DNA of 64,000 bases from the human T2T-CHM13v2.0 reference genome, Homo sapiens: assembly GCF_009914755.1 (NCBI RefSeq), contig NC_060937.1, one strand, 5' to 3'. The translations under genes were made by a program, and so were the position numbers. How positions within the stretch are numbered: position 1 is the first letter of the stretch; each line of letters starts with the position of its first letter. Below are positions 1 through 17,339 of this stretch, in pieces. The notes under the pieces are model-generated. The model did no database searches, was not told the DNA's origin, and saw only the letters and a list, made by a program, of their open reading frames with translations.

Positions 1-528
<528 letters not shown>

Positions 529-567
529 TAATAAAAAGAATGATAAATAATAACAATAATTTTCAAA

Positions 568-580
568 GTATATATGTGGG

Positions 581-646
<66 letters not shown>
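568..646. repeat. (TA)n microsatellite
   Basis: Directly visible interrupted TA run. Confidence 0.95.
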
Positions 647-648
<2 letters not shown>

Positions 649-1145
649 GAAAGATTTCCCTTCTGAAGGAAAGTTTGGTTTTATTTATAATTATTTCAGT
701 ATACATCTCTAAAAGATCAAGCGTTCTTCAACATAATCACTATTCCCTCGTCACACTTCAGATACTAAAATTTTCCAAATATCATTGAATACAAAGGAAA
801 ACTTTGTGATTAAAAAACACAGCATTTTAATCAACTTAACTCAAGCATTTTTGGAGATGGACTCATCTGTGTATTTAAAACAACACTAGTCTTGGCAGTG
901 TCAATAATCTGGTACGATGGAAATGTGTTCTGGAAGCTTTTGGACCTGGTAGGATTTTATGAAGGGAGAGAGGGAATGTGATAGGATTTGCTAATCTTTC
1001 TCACTGACACGTCTAATTTTGTCAAAAATACACATTCTTCTTTTCCTCGTCTGTTTTGTTACCTTCTCCTCATTCTGTACGCCCTTCTTTCTGCACTATC
1101 TATTATACATCTGTTTGAATCCCTCTTTAAGAAGTAGAACCCTGA

Positions 1146-1453
<308 letters not shown>

Positions 1454-1534
1454 TCATTGATGTGTGGCTACAGTGGAGATATCCAAGCTAAAACTTCTGA
1501 TCTATTTGCTACTATGTTTTATGTTGAAAACAAC

Positions 1535-1955
1535 GCATAGATGTGAAGTCACGCGTGTGTTAAATAGCTTGATGTAGCCATTCCACAGCGTGTACATCTA
1601 TCAAAACATCATGTCGTACACCATTGATATATATAATTTTTTTTTTGAGATGGAGTCTCGCTCTGTTGCCCAGGCTAGAGTGCAGTGGCACGATCTTGGC
1701 TCACTGCAAGCTCTGCCTCCTGGGTTCACGCCATTCTCCTGCCTCAGCCTCCCGAGTAGCTGAGGCACCCGCGACCGTGCCCGGCTAATTTTTTTGTATT
1801 TTTAGTAGAGATGGGGTTTCACCATGTTAGCAAGGATGGTCTCAATCTCCTGACCTCATGATCCACCCGCGTCAGCCTCCCAAAGTGCTGGGATTACAGG
1901 CATGAGCAACCACACCCGGCCTGTAATTTTTACTTGTCAATTTAAAAAGTAAACT
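1535..1955 (+). mobile_element. L1MA 3' end, split by AluY at 1637-1921
   Basis: gttaaatagcttgatgtagccattccaca..tcaaaacatcatgtcgtacacc..ttttacttgtcaatttaaaaa resembles the L1MA 3' terminus. Confidence 0.75.
1637..1921 (-). mobile_element. AluY
   Basis: Y diagnostics gcaagctc, ttcacgccattct, ttagc.aggatggtctc; small internal deletion; TSD t(a/g)taattttt. Confidence 0.93.
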
Positions 1956-2226
1956 TAAAGAAAAAACATAAATAGAACATGAGAAGGACAGGTCATGAAA
2001 CCTTTCCAGACTCCCTGTACTTTTAACTCTGAAGAATATTTAGAGTTTATGCAATCACTGCCTGGCATAGAGTTATATCAAAATGTCCTGGTAATACACC
2101 AGACCACGTGAGCATCGTGTTTGCTAATTTGTGACCTTGAATAGGTATTGTTTAATTTGATAAAGTTTCCAGGAGTATAGATTGAGGTAAAAGATCTGAA
2201 TAGTGGCAAAGATGATGGGAAAAATC

Positions 2227-2362
2227 AGTTGGGTGCTGTCACTCATGCTTGTGATCACAGCATTTTGGGAGGCCGAGGTTGGAGGATCTCTTGAGGCCAG
2301 GAGATCAAGAGCAACCTGGGCAACATAGAGAGACTACATCTCTATTGTGGGGAAAAAAAAAA
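2227..2362 (+). mobile_element. FLAM / free left Alu monomer
   Basis: Single left arm (ggaggatc.cttgaggccaggag..ctgggcaacatag) ending in an A run. Confidence 0.85.
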
Positions 2363-2579
2363 GCCAAGGTCAATTGTTCACTGTTTTCTGAGGCTCTTTC
2401 ATCCTCTGCCTGACATCTAATTTCTTACCCTCTTGATGAGATGACAAATTCTAGATCAGGCAACCCAGGAATGCTGTCATCTGGTAGGATCCTTCATATG
2501 TATTTATGTGATTTTATTTGGTAATTGAATTTGAGAATTTAAAATGCTCTTGATTTCAGATTTACCTAAAAAATCATCA

Positions 2580-2877
<298 letters not shown>

Positions 2878-3023
2878 TAGATATGTATATTTTTATATTC
2901 TCTCTCTATGTGTATATATAGAGTATATGTATATAGAGTATATATATAATACTCTCTATATAGAGTGTACATATCTATAAAGTGTGTATATATACACACA
3001 TATATACGTGTGTGTGTGTGTGT
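2878..3023. repeat. Compound (TA)/(TG)/(GA) microsatellite derived from Alu tail
   Basis: Lies between Alu 3' end and downstream TSD; contains perfect palindrome gtgtgtatatatacacac (2982-2999). Confidence 0.85.
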
Positions 3024-3535
3024 ATCAGCAGCTTGCATTTACTAGTTTTTAAGTGAGCCTTAGAAATGTCCTTAGGTGGCTCCCAGCATGTCACTTGGGG
3101 CTTAAGTGCAGCCTGTCTTACTGCTCACATGTCCCTGTGTTGGGCCTCCCTCAGGCTTGGCTCCAGAGGTTTCACCGTGAGCAGGGGACCAGTGTTTTGC
3201 CCCCCAGGTTTCCTGGCTGGTGAGCTGGCACCATCTTCACAGAGGCTTACAGTGTTTGATTATAAAAATGGCAGTGTTCAATTTTTAAAATGCATATTCC
3301 AAGTTGTCTTTTTTCCTAAATATTCCTAATTACATTTGATTTTTTTTCCAAGATGGTTGCTTGGAGCTTGACTTATTGCATGCTTGAGAGAAAGAGAAGG
3401 GGACAGAGGTTGTTGGAGTAAGTCAGGTGGAGCTTGGCTTAAACATCAGGATCCAAGATTCAGGTCGGATGAAGGGAAGGTGGCCTGTAGAATAGTCACG
3501 GTGCTTGAGAAATGGGAAATTTAAAGATACCTGAA

Positions 3536-3536
<1 letters not shown>

Positions 3537-3582
<46 letters not shown>
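3537..3582. repeat. (TG)n microsatellite
   Basis: Pure TG run. Confidence 0.97.
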
Positions 3583-3585
<3 letters not shown>

Positions 3586-3589
3586 TGAG

Positions 3590-3690
3590 AAGACCTTGGG
3601 GCAGTTACCCTCTGAGCCTCAGTTTCCATGTTGATAAAACAAGGGAATCGGAATAATTGATTCTTCAAAGTTCTTTCCTTATTTAACCCA
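3590..3690 (+). mobile_element. MIR fragment
   Basis: MIR core gaccttgggg.cagttacc.ctctgagcctcagtttcc. Confidence 0.7.
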
Positions 3691-5426
3691 CTGGGGCTCT
3701 GGACTATATTAAATGTGTAAAAATTGCATCTGCTAGGTGGGCGGCCCATTTCAAGGAAAATTCTAGAATAAGTAAGCCTTACATTGGGTAAATACAAGTT
3801 TTAAAAAAGCACACACACACGCCCCTCGTCAAGTATCCTAATACAAGTTTTACTTCACAGTCTGCTTATAATTCTAGGTAGGTGCTGCACAGCATGAAGA
3901 AGGTATTATGTGTTGAGTTTTGTTGTATTTAGTAACCCATTGCTCATCTGACTGTAAAGTCTGTCTTATATTTCAAGGTGTTACTAATCATGGGTTCACA
4001 CACCCCTCTGTTGCCTATTGATAGGTGAAACACTGCTTCATTTAACATTTTTCTTTGTTGTTCTTCAGTTTATTCCATTTTGGTATAGTCAGCTTCATCC
4101 TCACTGAGTTTAGCCTTTGCAGATATCCATTCCTCCCTGGTTACCTCTGCAGCATCTGAAAGACCCAGTCAGTGATACACAGAGGTCTGGAACTCAATCC
4201 AGCTCAACTCTGGGCCTGTGAAAGCAAAACAATGGGGACAAATCCAGCTGGCCCACGAGCACTTGCTTTATAAAGCTGCCCACACACTCTTCACTCTACT
4301 TGCTTTTTGGTCCCCTGTTTTTAGAGTTCCCTGATGCTTTAGCTAGAGGGGCTTTTTCATGTTGTTTCAAGGCTGTGAGTTCTAACACGTAAGCTGCGTT
4401 CTGGCTTTAGCCACTCTGTCCTGCCAAGAAGCTGACCACTGTTTGAAATCAACTTCTCATCTGCTTCTCTTCAGGTTTTCCAGAGCCCAGAGAACAGTGT
4501 TGAGTCAGGCCACAGATAGGATACAAAGGCCAGGACACAATTCCAAATCCCAGGGGGCTGGAGAGAGTCAGGGCCTTCAGTGTCAATCAGTTAAACACCG
4601 AGGCAGGAGGAAGGGACATTGGGAGACTTGCAGGATCCTGGACTTGTGTTCACATTTAATTCTGCTCTGTGTAGGGGTGTGTATTAGGACTGCAGGATGG
4701 ACAGGTGTGACAGCTCTATGGGAGGAAGGGGAAACTCTGGTGTCCGCATCCTATGGGAATGCACAGTGCATTGCTGCGTGGTGACAGCTGTTGATGGGGC
4801 ACGCTGCTCATGCAGACACTGGAAGGAACCACTGCTGTGGTCCCATGCTTTGCTTTTCTAGGTGAGGCCTGAGGCAGCGAGAGAGGAGATGCCCGGGCCA
4901 GGCTCCCACAGAGAAGTGCTGGCAGAGCTCATGTGTGGGCGACCCCTGGCCCTGAGCTGTGGGTGACTACAGCAACTGGGGGATTTGTCAGGACCTGGCC
5001 CATCCTTGGGGGAAAGAGTGTTGCCTTCCAGAAGGACATCCGGGTGTCCGTTCACCTTGACCTCCCATTGGATGCAACCTTTTGGTCCATAGCATCTTAC
5101 TCCCCTCCTCCCTTCGTTGACCAGATCACATTCCTCTCTATAGATTTCAGTCAGCTCCCACTGGTATGCATGTCTGTGTACTTTTTTTTTTTTTTTGCCT
5201 AGAAAGTTTGCTTTGGGCTTTGAATACAATGGGAAGGGTGGATAAATTATGTGTGGGAAGGAATTTATGGTGTCATAGGAAGAACATTGACTGATGTTTG
5301 TAAAAATATGGGAGTTTGTAACATAGATGATATCTTTTTGATACATGTAACATGCTGTGTAGGTGTGGAGGAAAAGCAAGAGAAAGAAGCAAGGCATGCT
5401 TCGAATTTCTCTGTACAGATGATTCC

Positions 5427-5982
<556 letters not shown>

Positions 5983-6655
5983 AATACTGCATTCTTTTAT
6001 TTGCCGACTTTTCTTCTTCCTCCAGGCTCCAGACATGTAATGTACAACACCCTCAGCTGGTTTTTGGGACACTTAAGTGGCTGGAGGGCAGCCTGTGAAT
6101 ATGGTTTTTCTCTGTGTTGGGTGAGGTGATCATGTGTTTTTCTATTGAAGATCATGGAAAGCTGAGGTCATGAAGGAGACTCGCAAAGACTGGCAGTTAA
6201 AATGGACAGAAATGAAAGGATCGCATTACAGGTTTCATAGAAACTGGTTATTCCAGGCATATGTTAATGAAATTCACGCATTTTGTGTTTATTGGAATAC
6301 CGAATGGTCATATTCACTAGCATTGAATTAATGTGTTAAAGTGAGGTTTTGATGACATTAGTTGCACATGACTTTTAGTTGAAAATTTTTTTCAAGAAGT
6401 AAAATTAAAGCAATGGAAATAGAGCCAGTAATCTGTCAGGCCTGATCTCTGTCAGACCCGAAGTTAACTTACCAGATCATTCAAATTACTGTTCATTAGA
6501 GTGTGGAGGTATCGGGCCTGTTTTGGAGAAGCTAAGTATTACAGTGGCCTGGTATAAATGTTGACTGTAACATTTATAAAGAGGAGTTAGCACGTCATTT
6601 TACTAAGTCTCTGCCCCTTTTACAGTGTCACTTTCCTAATACAGTTTCATCTTAA

Positions 6656-6970
<315 letters not shown>

Positions 6971-7889
6971 ACACTACTTTTATTTATAATGTTTATGTTT
7001 AGAAAGAATCCCTATGCTTATATTTAGAAAGCTAGGAAGGTGGAATGGGAATAATTGTATTCATAATGTTTTATTTCTGTTATTAAAAAACTTGAAATGT
7101 GAGAAAATATTTGTCATTACTCTTGTATCATCTTTTGTACTTGGATCTATTTTCAAGACTGTTCTCAAAAGAGAAAAAAGTTTATGCTCACTATTGAAAA
7201 TTTGTAAAATAACGAACATAATGAAGAAAATAAAAATCATCCATGATCCAGTGTGCAATTTCAATACACAGTTTTTCAATTAGCAATTGCTCTTTGAAGC
7301 AATCTCTTCTAAGGAAATAGGTAGATCTGTGTGCAAAAATGTAGCCCAGTAGATGTTTAATAGTAGGTTATTGAGTAAACCATGGTACACCCATCAAGTA
7401 ATATGTTCTCTGAATATTAAATGATATTTATCTTAGAATTGATCTCACATTTGTGAATCTTAACCTTTTATATTGTGACATCCTTCAATTGATTTTCCTT
7501 TTCCCATTTATTTTTAGTGCTCCCCCCCCAACAACATTTTATTAGTTTTTCCAGCTAGTTTGGAAATACAATGACTTGTTATAACCGTTGGAGCATCCTT
7601 GATTCTAACTTTTACTAAGTTACTAATTTACTGGTGGCCTTGCACAAATCACCTTCCATTGTCATTGAATAAGTCACCATTCATTGAGCCCCAAGCACTG
7701 GGCAAAAGTGTGTTAGGCAGAGGGCACAAGGCAGGCATAGCCAGACTCCCACAGAGCTTTGGGTCATCTACCTCTGCCCTAATGTGCTAACCTGCAAAAC
7801 GGTGCTAATACTATCTACCTCATTTCCCACAAGCTATTTAGAGATTAGCTGGGGAGATGCTCTTGGCAGTATGGCCATACCTCCTCCCT

Positions 7890-8375
7890 CAGGGCCCCCA
7901 ATCCTCAGTTTCTCTTTCTGTAGTTTGTTAACCTTGGTCAACTGTGGTTCAAAAATGTTAAAGGGAAAATTCCAGAACTAAGCAATTCCTAGGTTTTAAA
8001 TTGCATGCCATTCTGAGCAGCGTGATGGACTCTCATGCCATCTCACTTCGTCCCGCCAGGGACATGAATCCTCCTTTTGTCCAGTGGATCCATGCTGTCC
8101 GTGCTCCCCGTCCGCCAGTCACTCAGGAGCTGCCTTGGTGCTCAGACCGACTGTCGTGGCACCACAGGGCTTGTGTTCAAGTCACCCTTATTTGACTCTT
8201 GTGCCCCAAGGCACAAGAGTAGTGATGCTGGCAATCTGGATATGCCAAAGAGAAGCCATGAAGTCCTTCCTTTAAGTGAAAAAGCAGAAGTTCTCTACTT
8301 AATAAGGAAAAGAAAAGCTCAAATACCAAGGTTGCCAAGAATGCATTCTATAGTAAGAATTCTATAGTAAGAATG
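7890..8375 (+). mobile_element. Tigger7/MER44 DNA transposon 5' portion with decayed transposase N-terminus
   Basis: Matches MER44 text (ggaaaattccagaa..ttttaaattgc..gttcaagtcacccttattt..caagagtagtgatgctggcaat); ORF 8077-8367 contains APRHKSSDAGNLDMPKRSHEVLPLSEKAEVLYLIRK, the Tigger/CENP-B-like HTH start; 3' part and second TIR missing. Confidence 0.88.
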
Positions 8376-8555
8376 AATGGTAAGAATACTATTGATTAGT
8401 AAGAATTACTATTCAATAGTAGGAATTTTTATTCTATAGTTAGAATTCTTACTATTCAATAGTAATAATAAGAATTACTAATATCGAATAGAATTACTAT
8501 TCGATAGTAATCATTATTATTCTGTAGTTCGAATTCTTACTATTCATTCTATAGT
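8345..8555. repeat. AT-rich mosaic of direct and inverted short copies (atagtaagaattc seed)
   Basis: attctatagtaaga tandem at 8345-8372; reverse-complement gaattcttactat at 8443-8455 and 8531-8543; palindromes at 8449-8465 and 8493-8511. Confidence 0.85.
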
Positions 8556-8939
8556 CTCAGGCATTATCCCATTTGGGAAGTCCACGCCACCTCTGTACCT
8601 CTGACATGGTTACCGAACCTTACAAACTGTATTCTTAGTACTTGCTTATCTAGCATGGTACTCAGCCAGGCTTTGGGCCATTAAAGGCAAGATCCTGGTC
8701 TTAGTTAACTTTGTAACCCAACTAGGTGCCAGTGGTGTTCCCGGCCCACACTAGTGCTCGTAAAGTGTTTGTGGAAATGAACTGAAGGCACTTAGGAAAT
8801 TATACAGTACAAAGCATGTGAAGGTGGTATTAATGAGGACATCTCAGTGTGGTGTCTTGACTCCCTGGGTATGGCCAGGTGTTATTGTTGGACAACAGAT
8901 TGTGATATTTTTGTGTTAGCGATGCTGGTTAGTGCATGA

Positions 8940-9290
<351 letters not shown>

Positions 9291-9969
9291 TTATATACGA
9301 CATGTGAGATCATATCCAGCTGTTTAGACACACACACAATTAGGTGATTTTAACTGTGCTTCTCTGAGCTACACCCATCCCTTGTTGCTTAACTGTAAAA
9401 ATGTTTATTTAATTTCTACTTGCAACAACTCATGTATATGGGGCTTCTGTTCTGCTGGAAGCTCTGGATCCTGTGGCGTGGGGATGCCGTCACAGACTTC
9501 ACAGTCTGATAGAGGAGGCAGCTGATATAAGTGCCACCTCCATATGTCAAGCTGCATGTCAGATGGTACGCTGGGACTAGTTGATTCTCTGTGACTTGCC
9601 GCAAAAGTTCCTTGCCACAGTAATCCCTTGTTTCCCAAGGGTGATGTAGATCATCCTATGTGACAGTAACAATAGGCTAAAAACAGCCAAAGGACTTGAA
9701 AGCGCTTTTTTTTCCCATTTTTTTTTCCTAGAGTGACTGAATAATGAGGGCAAAATGGGTGTCAGTGGGCATGAAATGAATGAATGCCATTTGCACCAAC
9801 CTGTTTTAGATGAGGAGGGTGGGACCTGGTGAGGAGTGACCACTGGGTGAGCATTCTGTGTCAATGGATTTCCAGCTCACATTGGCAGCGATTTGTACAT
9901 TATTTCATCCCATTCCTGTGTGATCCATCTGAAAAGCCGCGAGACAGAGGGACACACATTCATTTTGGT

Positions 9970-10130
9970 GTCAAAGATCTGGGCTTCAGTCCCAGTTCGG
10001 CCACATACTAGCTGTGTGGTCTTGGGCAGGTTTGCTCTCTGGGCCTCTGTCCTGCTCTGTAAAGCAGGATTCACAATAGTGACCTTGTCCTTTGGAGGAA
10101 GTAGGAGGTGAAGTCCCTGGGCCCAGCTCA
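9970..10130 (+). mobile_element. MIR
   Basis: gatctgggcttcagtcccagttcggccac.tactagctgtgtggtcttgggcagg core. Confidence 0.8.
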
Positions 10131-10309
10131 GCGTCCACAGCAAACTCCTATCAGGCCTGATCACCCTGGTGTGAACATTAACCCAGAACTAGCTTACTTA
10201 CTTGCTCTGCCAAGAAGCAAGAGTTCTGGGTTGGTCTGAACTACTCTTTGGAAAAACTACTTTTGGCAGATTTCAAACCAGTTCCTAAAATTTCCATGTA
10301 TTACATTTA

Positions 10310-10744
<435 letters not shown>

Positions 10745-11597
10745 TTAAATGAATAGCACAGTAAGAAAAAATATTTTTACCTAAACGGTTTCAGCCACAG
10801 GCTAAATCTGGACAAGGGCCACCACTATGTTTTTCTTAAAGATACACTCACACTCTGACTTAACCCTTTGATACCGTGGCAGCATGGTGCAGACTGACTG
10901 CAGTTGTCTTTGGGGCGTGTCTTCCTGCTTCACAGTAACTGCTTTCACTGCTTTGAGTAAACTTGGCCTCTGCACCTCTGTCTGGTTATTGGCTGGATGT
11001 GGAAAGGGCCGGTTGTGTCGGCCGAGCCCATTTTCCCTTCGGTGGTGTTGTAAATGCTTTCTGTAGCCTGTCCAGACTGTTTTGCTCAAACCTGTTCTTG
11101 ACTTTTCTGCTGGTCTGCTGCTGTGGTTGGGGGTTGCAGACGCTCCCACCCCCCCATATCCTTCCCAAGGTTGGACTCTCGGCCTATGGAGGGCTGCTGA
11201 TGAGGCCCGTGGATCCTTCTCAAATCCAGTTTCTATATCCTTATTGGAAAATGTTCCAGCCCCGTAGGTCCACACAAGCTGAAGGGATGTGCCTCACAGT
11301 TCAGAAGCCTTCAGGCAAGGTCAACAGAAACACGACGGGAATCCAGACAGTGTATGTCCCCTCACCCTGCAGGCGCAGCCGCGGACCTCAGGCCTTTGCC
11401 TTCCCACCGAGGACTGCAGGACGTGCTGGGTTCCTGGGGCCTCTGATCCTGGGCCTTGTCCAGTGATGTCTGACTGCTGTCTACTCACTTTTGGTTAACC
11501 TGCAGTACACCTCATATCCTGTTTCAAAATGAAATTGGAAGGTGGGGCTCCCTCAGGGGCAGCAAAGCTACAGCTTCAAGGCCAGACACGGATACTT

Positions 11598-11752
11598 AAA
11601 AAAATCTTCTAAAATTGTGGTAGAGTACACATAACATACAATTTATCATCTTCACCATTTGCAAGGGCTCAGTTGGGCAGCATTACATACAGGCACATTG
11701 TTCGACCTCCAGAACTTTTTCACGCTGCAGAACGGAAACTCTGTATCCATTT
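11598..11752 (-). mobile_element. L1MB 3' end fragment
   Basis: aattgtggtagagtacacataacatacaatttatcatctt.accattt..ctccagaactttttca..gaaactctgtatccatt. Confidence 0.7.
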
Positions 11753-11990
11753 ACATTTTTAACTGGTTGAAGATGGAAAAAGAAGGCTATTTTGGGGACA
11801 TGTGAAAATGACATGAAATTCACATTTCAGTGTCCAGAGATGAAATTTTATTGACTAAAGTCCTGCCCATTTGTTTTGGGGTTGCCTGTGGGGGCTCTTG
11901 TGCCACAGCAGCAGAGTCAAGACCAAGTGGACCACAAAGCTGAAATTTGTGCTGTCTGGCCCTTTGCAGAAAAAGGTTGCCGTTGCCTGG
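11753..11990 (+). mobile_element. MER58B-like hAT-Charlie element
   Basis: gacatgtgaaaat..atgaaattca.atttcagtgtcca..tctggccctttgcagaaaaaggttgccg terminus. Confidence 0.8.
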
Positions 11991-12115
11991 AATAAATAGG
12001 TTTGCATGTATGGAGGATTCAGCTGAAGATAAGGCCATGGGGTTGGGTCAGCAGGAAGAGATACTGGCCAGCAGAAACCTCTTCCCACTCCCCAAAGCAC
12101 ATCTACGCTGACTAA

Positions 12116-12429
<314 letters not shown>

Positions 12430-12438
12430 TTTCCCTTC

Positions 12439-12440
<2 letters not shown>

Positions 12441-12475
<35 letters not shown>
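12441..12475. repeat. (TG)n microsatellite
   Basis: Pure TG run between two Alus. Confidence 0.95.
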
Positions 12476-12703
<228 letters not shown>

Positions 12704-13489
12704 TGAGTTAAGGGACTCTGTGGATGGCTTTATTGTGCAGCTATAGTATTTAATAAATATTGGTAATTTACTGGCTTTGTTTTAATATTAAAATTATGGT
12801 AAAATGAACTGCCCTGACCCTTGATATGCTTGTTTCTACCCTACCTTCCCTCAGTCAGTCAACCTCATCTAAATATATCTCCCTGCAGTTCTAATGGTGA
12901 TCTTTCTAGGTGAATGTCATGAGCTGCTTTTTGATGCTCTTTCATTATCTGTGAAAAAGGATAAAAGTAGTTAAGTGGATAACTTAAGTATAAACAAAAT
13001 CTTCATGGATTCTTTTAGCAGGAAAATGAGCTTGAATTGAGTGGTCATTTCTGTTCATTAAGTTCAGATTTTGAGGCCCTCCCCGCCAAGATGATTCTAG
13101 TTACTAGTGCTTACATTCGTGTACTGTGTTCTAAGCCATTTGGCATCTCAACAGACTCATCCACAGCAGCCCTATGAAATTGATGGGGCAGATATTTCTA
13201 TTTGCTTTTGGCAAATGAGGACATGAGGCTCATGAGGGGCCTGTCAGGCCCAGAAACACTGAACCTTGTCCCACTCTTGGGTCAACATAATATTTAGCTT
13301 TCAGTGACTGCTCATTCTTGACCTTGTTGTTTGTCAAGGAAGGGGTTGGGGAAGAGAAAATTTAATTTGTTACTATTTTTCTTAACTACTGGGACTATAT
13401 TGCCTGAGTGAGTGGTCGGGGGGTGTCAGCGAAGATGTTGGTTCAGGTAAGAATAAAATTCAGTTGTTATTTATTTAAGACTTACCATG

Positions 13490-13719
13490 GGCTGGGCCCA
13501 GTGGCTCACGCCTGTAATTCCAGCACTTTGGAAGGCCGAGGTGGGTGGATCACTTTGAGTTCAGGAGTTTGAGACGGGCCTGAGCAACATGTCTCTACTA
13601 AAAATACAAAATTAGCCGGGCTTGGTAGTGCACGCCTGTAGTCCCAACTACTTGGGAGGCTGAGGCCAGAGAATCACTTGAACCTGAGAGGCGGAGGTTG
13701 CAGTGAGCTGAGATCACTG
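13490..13719 (+). mobile_element. AluS, 3'-truncated, internal deletion
   Basis: Ends at gagatcac with no tail; caacatg/tctctact deletion. Confidence 0.88.
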
Positions 13720-15055
13720 AATCTAACTGAAAGGCTTTTGAGAATAGGTAATTTTATAGAAGGAGAAATGCAGTACATAAAATTGGCTTTATGTTTATCT
13801 TGAATACCAAGAAAATTGTTTTTCTTGGGTAAATTTAGGTGATTTTCCAGTGGTGCTTTCTTGCACATTTGACCATAGAAGAACATGTGTTAAGCCCATT
13901 CCTTCTCATTTGGTCAAGGTCCATCCTTGGTCTCTATGACAGTTGAATGAAGATTGAGCTGTTCACACATCCTCAGTAATATACAAGTAGTATATCCGTC
14001 AAAAGGGTTTTGTGCTTATTTTCCAAGAGCTCTCGGTGCTCTAAATTCTTTATATGAACATGTAAGATTGCACATCTGGTTTTAAATGTGGACATGGGCA
14101 TTGTAGGGTCCTGGTTTTTAAACTATTCATGACTTACAATGCCTCAGCGTATCTTCCTTGGGAAAATTCATTTTGTTGAATGCTCATCCTGAGGACGCAG
14201 CTCCCTTCCTAGAAATGGGGTAGCTCCTGGCACCTTGAGAGTTCCTCTGTGTGCAGGAAACCGATGAGTTTGCAGATACCAGCTTCATGATAGCCTGACT
14301 GAAACTTGTTGAGGAGCAATGCAGGATGGTGAATATTTTCATGATCTAGATCAGTTAACTCATCCTGCACATGGCTAACTTTATGTCATGAGAACAGATT
14401 TCTTAGCCTGAGAATTGGGACAACTTAGAAATTGGGAAACTAAGCATGTATATCTTTTAATTTTTTTCTTTTCTCTCTTCTCTTCTAAATGGAACATTCA
14501 CGCAAGGCAGTGTACAGAGATGGTGTGGTATACTGCAGAGAGCAGGGGCCCCGAGGGCAGGCCAGGGTACGAGTCTAGATGCCACCCTCTGAGCCATCGT
14601 TTCTTCACGGTTTTACATTGCTGTCCTCTGAATCAGAAATCATGATGTAAGACGAGGCGAATTGCAGTTGTGTGAGCTCTCTTTTCATGAAGACGATTAT
14701 ACATTTTGCTGATGTCTCAATAATTTCCCAAGTCAGGATGACAGAAGAGCTGAAAGCAGCCTACTTAGGATTATTCAAGGAAATGAAAGAACTGTTTCCT
14801 TCATTCATAAACACCTGAGAGTCTGCTCTGGCTTAGACACTACGCTAGTTGTTGAGAAACAACTCAACAAATTAGGCCGAGAATCTGCCCTAATGAAATC
14901 TAGAGTTTGGAAGAGAGAACACATCTACAAACCAGCACACGGTGACGACTTTTTTCCAAGGACCCACTTGGCGTCATTTGCTAAATGCTCCTCTTAACGG
15001 TGGTGAGTCTTATCTCCTCTTACATTGACAGTACTGACAAGTATACATATATATA

Positions 15056-16064
<1,009 letters not shown>

Positions 16065-16199
16065 TAATCTTCAGTAAAAGATAAGGAGGAAATTTTAATT
16101 TGGGAACCCGTTCGTGAAATGCATACCCTTCTGTTTTCCCTCTGACTTCCTTGTCCTTTGTGTTTAGGAGCTTAAGGGATCCTTCTGTTTAAGTCACTA

Positions 16200-16400
16200 G
16201 GGGCTCAATATTAACGTGCAGATATGTGGGGAAAATGTCACTTGTTTGGTTGCAGTTTTGCCAGCTCTAAAATCAGTTGGTAGTGGCTGCCTGGAGTATC
16301 TTGTCCTGAAAGATTGGGAGTTTGAATTGAGGATCAAAGGGGGTGTCAGAGATTAGTGATGTCTTCTGTCAGGAGGGCTGGTTGCCATGGTTGCTACCCT
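16200..16400. mobile_element. Possible old hAT-Charlie (MER102-like) fragment
   Basis: aatcagttggtagtggctgcctggag..gattagtgatgtct recalled from MER102-type consensus. Confidence 0.4.
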
Positions 16401-16581
16401 GGCTTGAGCTCCTATCAGCTCACATTTCAGAGATGATTAGTGAGGATTATAAGGATTGGGCTCAGAGTGGGGCCATGGGGCAGAAAGAAGACACTGGCTG
16501 AACTATTCTGAACTCTTAATGGGCACCCAAAACAAGTATGTTCAATTTTGTCAAAAGCTAGAAGGGCCCTGGCCACACTTG

Positions 16582-17232
16582 TGTTAATGGAAAAACCAGA
16601 CTCCATAAAATATTCTAAAGAGGTATATTCTGAGCGAGTATGAGAGACTGGGAAACGTAGTCTGAAGAGGTCCTGAGAAAGTGCGCCCAAGGTGGTTGGG
16701 TTACAGTTTGGTTTTGTATATTTCAGGGAGACAGGAGTGCAGGTGAAGACATGAATCAATACAAGGTTAGTATGCGTTGGTTTGCCCTGAAAAGGTGGGA
16801 TATCTTGAGGCAGGGGCTTATAGGTGGATTCAGAGATTCTTCAATGTGTCATTGGTTAAAAGAGTAAAGCTTTGTCTAAAAATGTGGAGTCAGCAGAAAG
16901 GAATGTTTAAGATAAGGACGTCTGTTAACCAAGATACTGGGTCAGAGTCACCTGTAGGGATGTGGGACTTAATCCTTGTCTGTTTGGCCTTAGGTCCTTT
17001 GATGTCTTACTGTCACAAAGAGTCTGTTTTGCGAATCTTATGATCTCTAGTTTAACATTAATGCTGGTCAGTTGTGCCTAAACTCCAAAAGGGAGGGGAT
17101 GTAACGAGGTATGTCTAACCTCCCTTCCCATCCTGGCCAGGAATTCAGTTCTTAAGGTTCTTCTGAGGTCCCGTTAGCCAAGAGGCGTTTGTTCAGTTGG
17201 TGGAGGGCTTAGGAATTTCTTTTTAGTTTACA
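16582..17232 (-). mobile_element. MER4-family (ERV1) solo LTR, MER4D/B-like
   Basis: TG..CA termini; tgttaatggaaaaaccagactc..gaggtcctgagaaagtgcgcccaaggtggttgggttacagtttggtttt..ttaggaattt..gtttaca. Confidence 0.88.
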
Positions 17233-17339
17233 CTGAAATGAGCTGTGCAAGGCCTGGGGCCTCATCTCTCTAACTTCTTGTCCACGGAAGCATCTGGCAC
17301 AGTGGGCATTCAGTAAGCGTTTGTTGAAGTAACAGTGAT

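Noticed and set aside
4266-4280. TATA-like TTTATAAAG promoter
   Set aside because: No CpG island, initiator context or downstream exon evidence
6151-6231. Possible 81-nt exon (ttctattgaag/..cag/gtttca)
   Set aside because: Donor is weak and nothing else supports it
8077-8367. Domesticated Tigger (TIGD-like) gene
   Set aside because: Only about 40 codons of transposase N-terminus, native ATG lost, no DDE domain, truncated by the patchwork repeat
10802-11466. Overlapping 157-aa and 167-aa ORFs on opposite strands
   Set aside because: Locally GC-richer unique sequence gives long chance ORFs; no domain or convincing splice context
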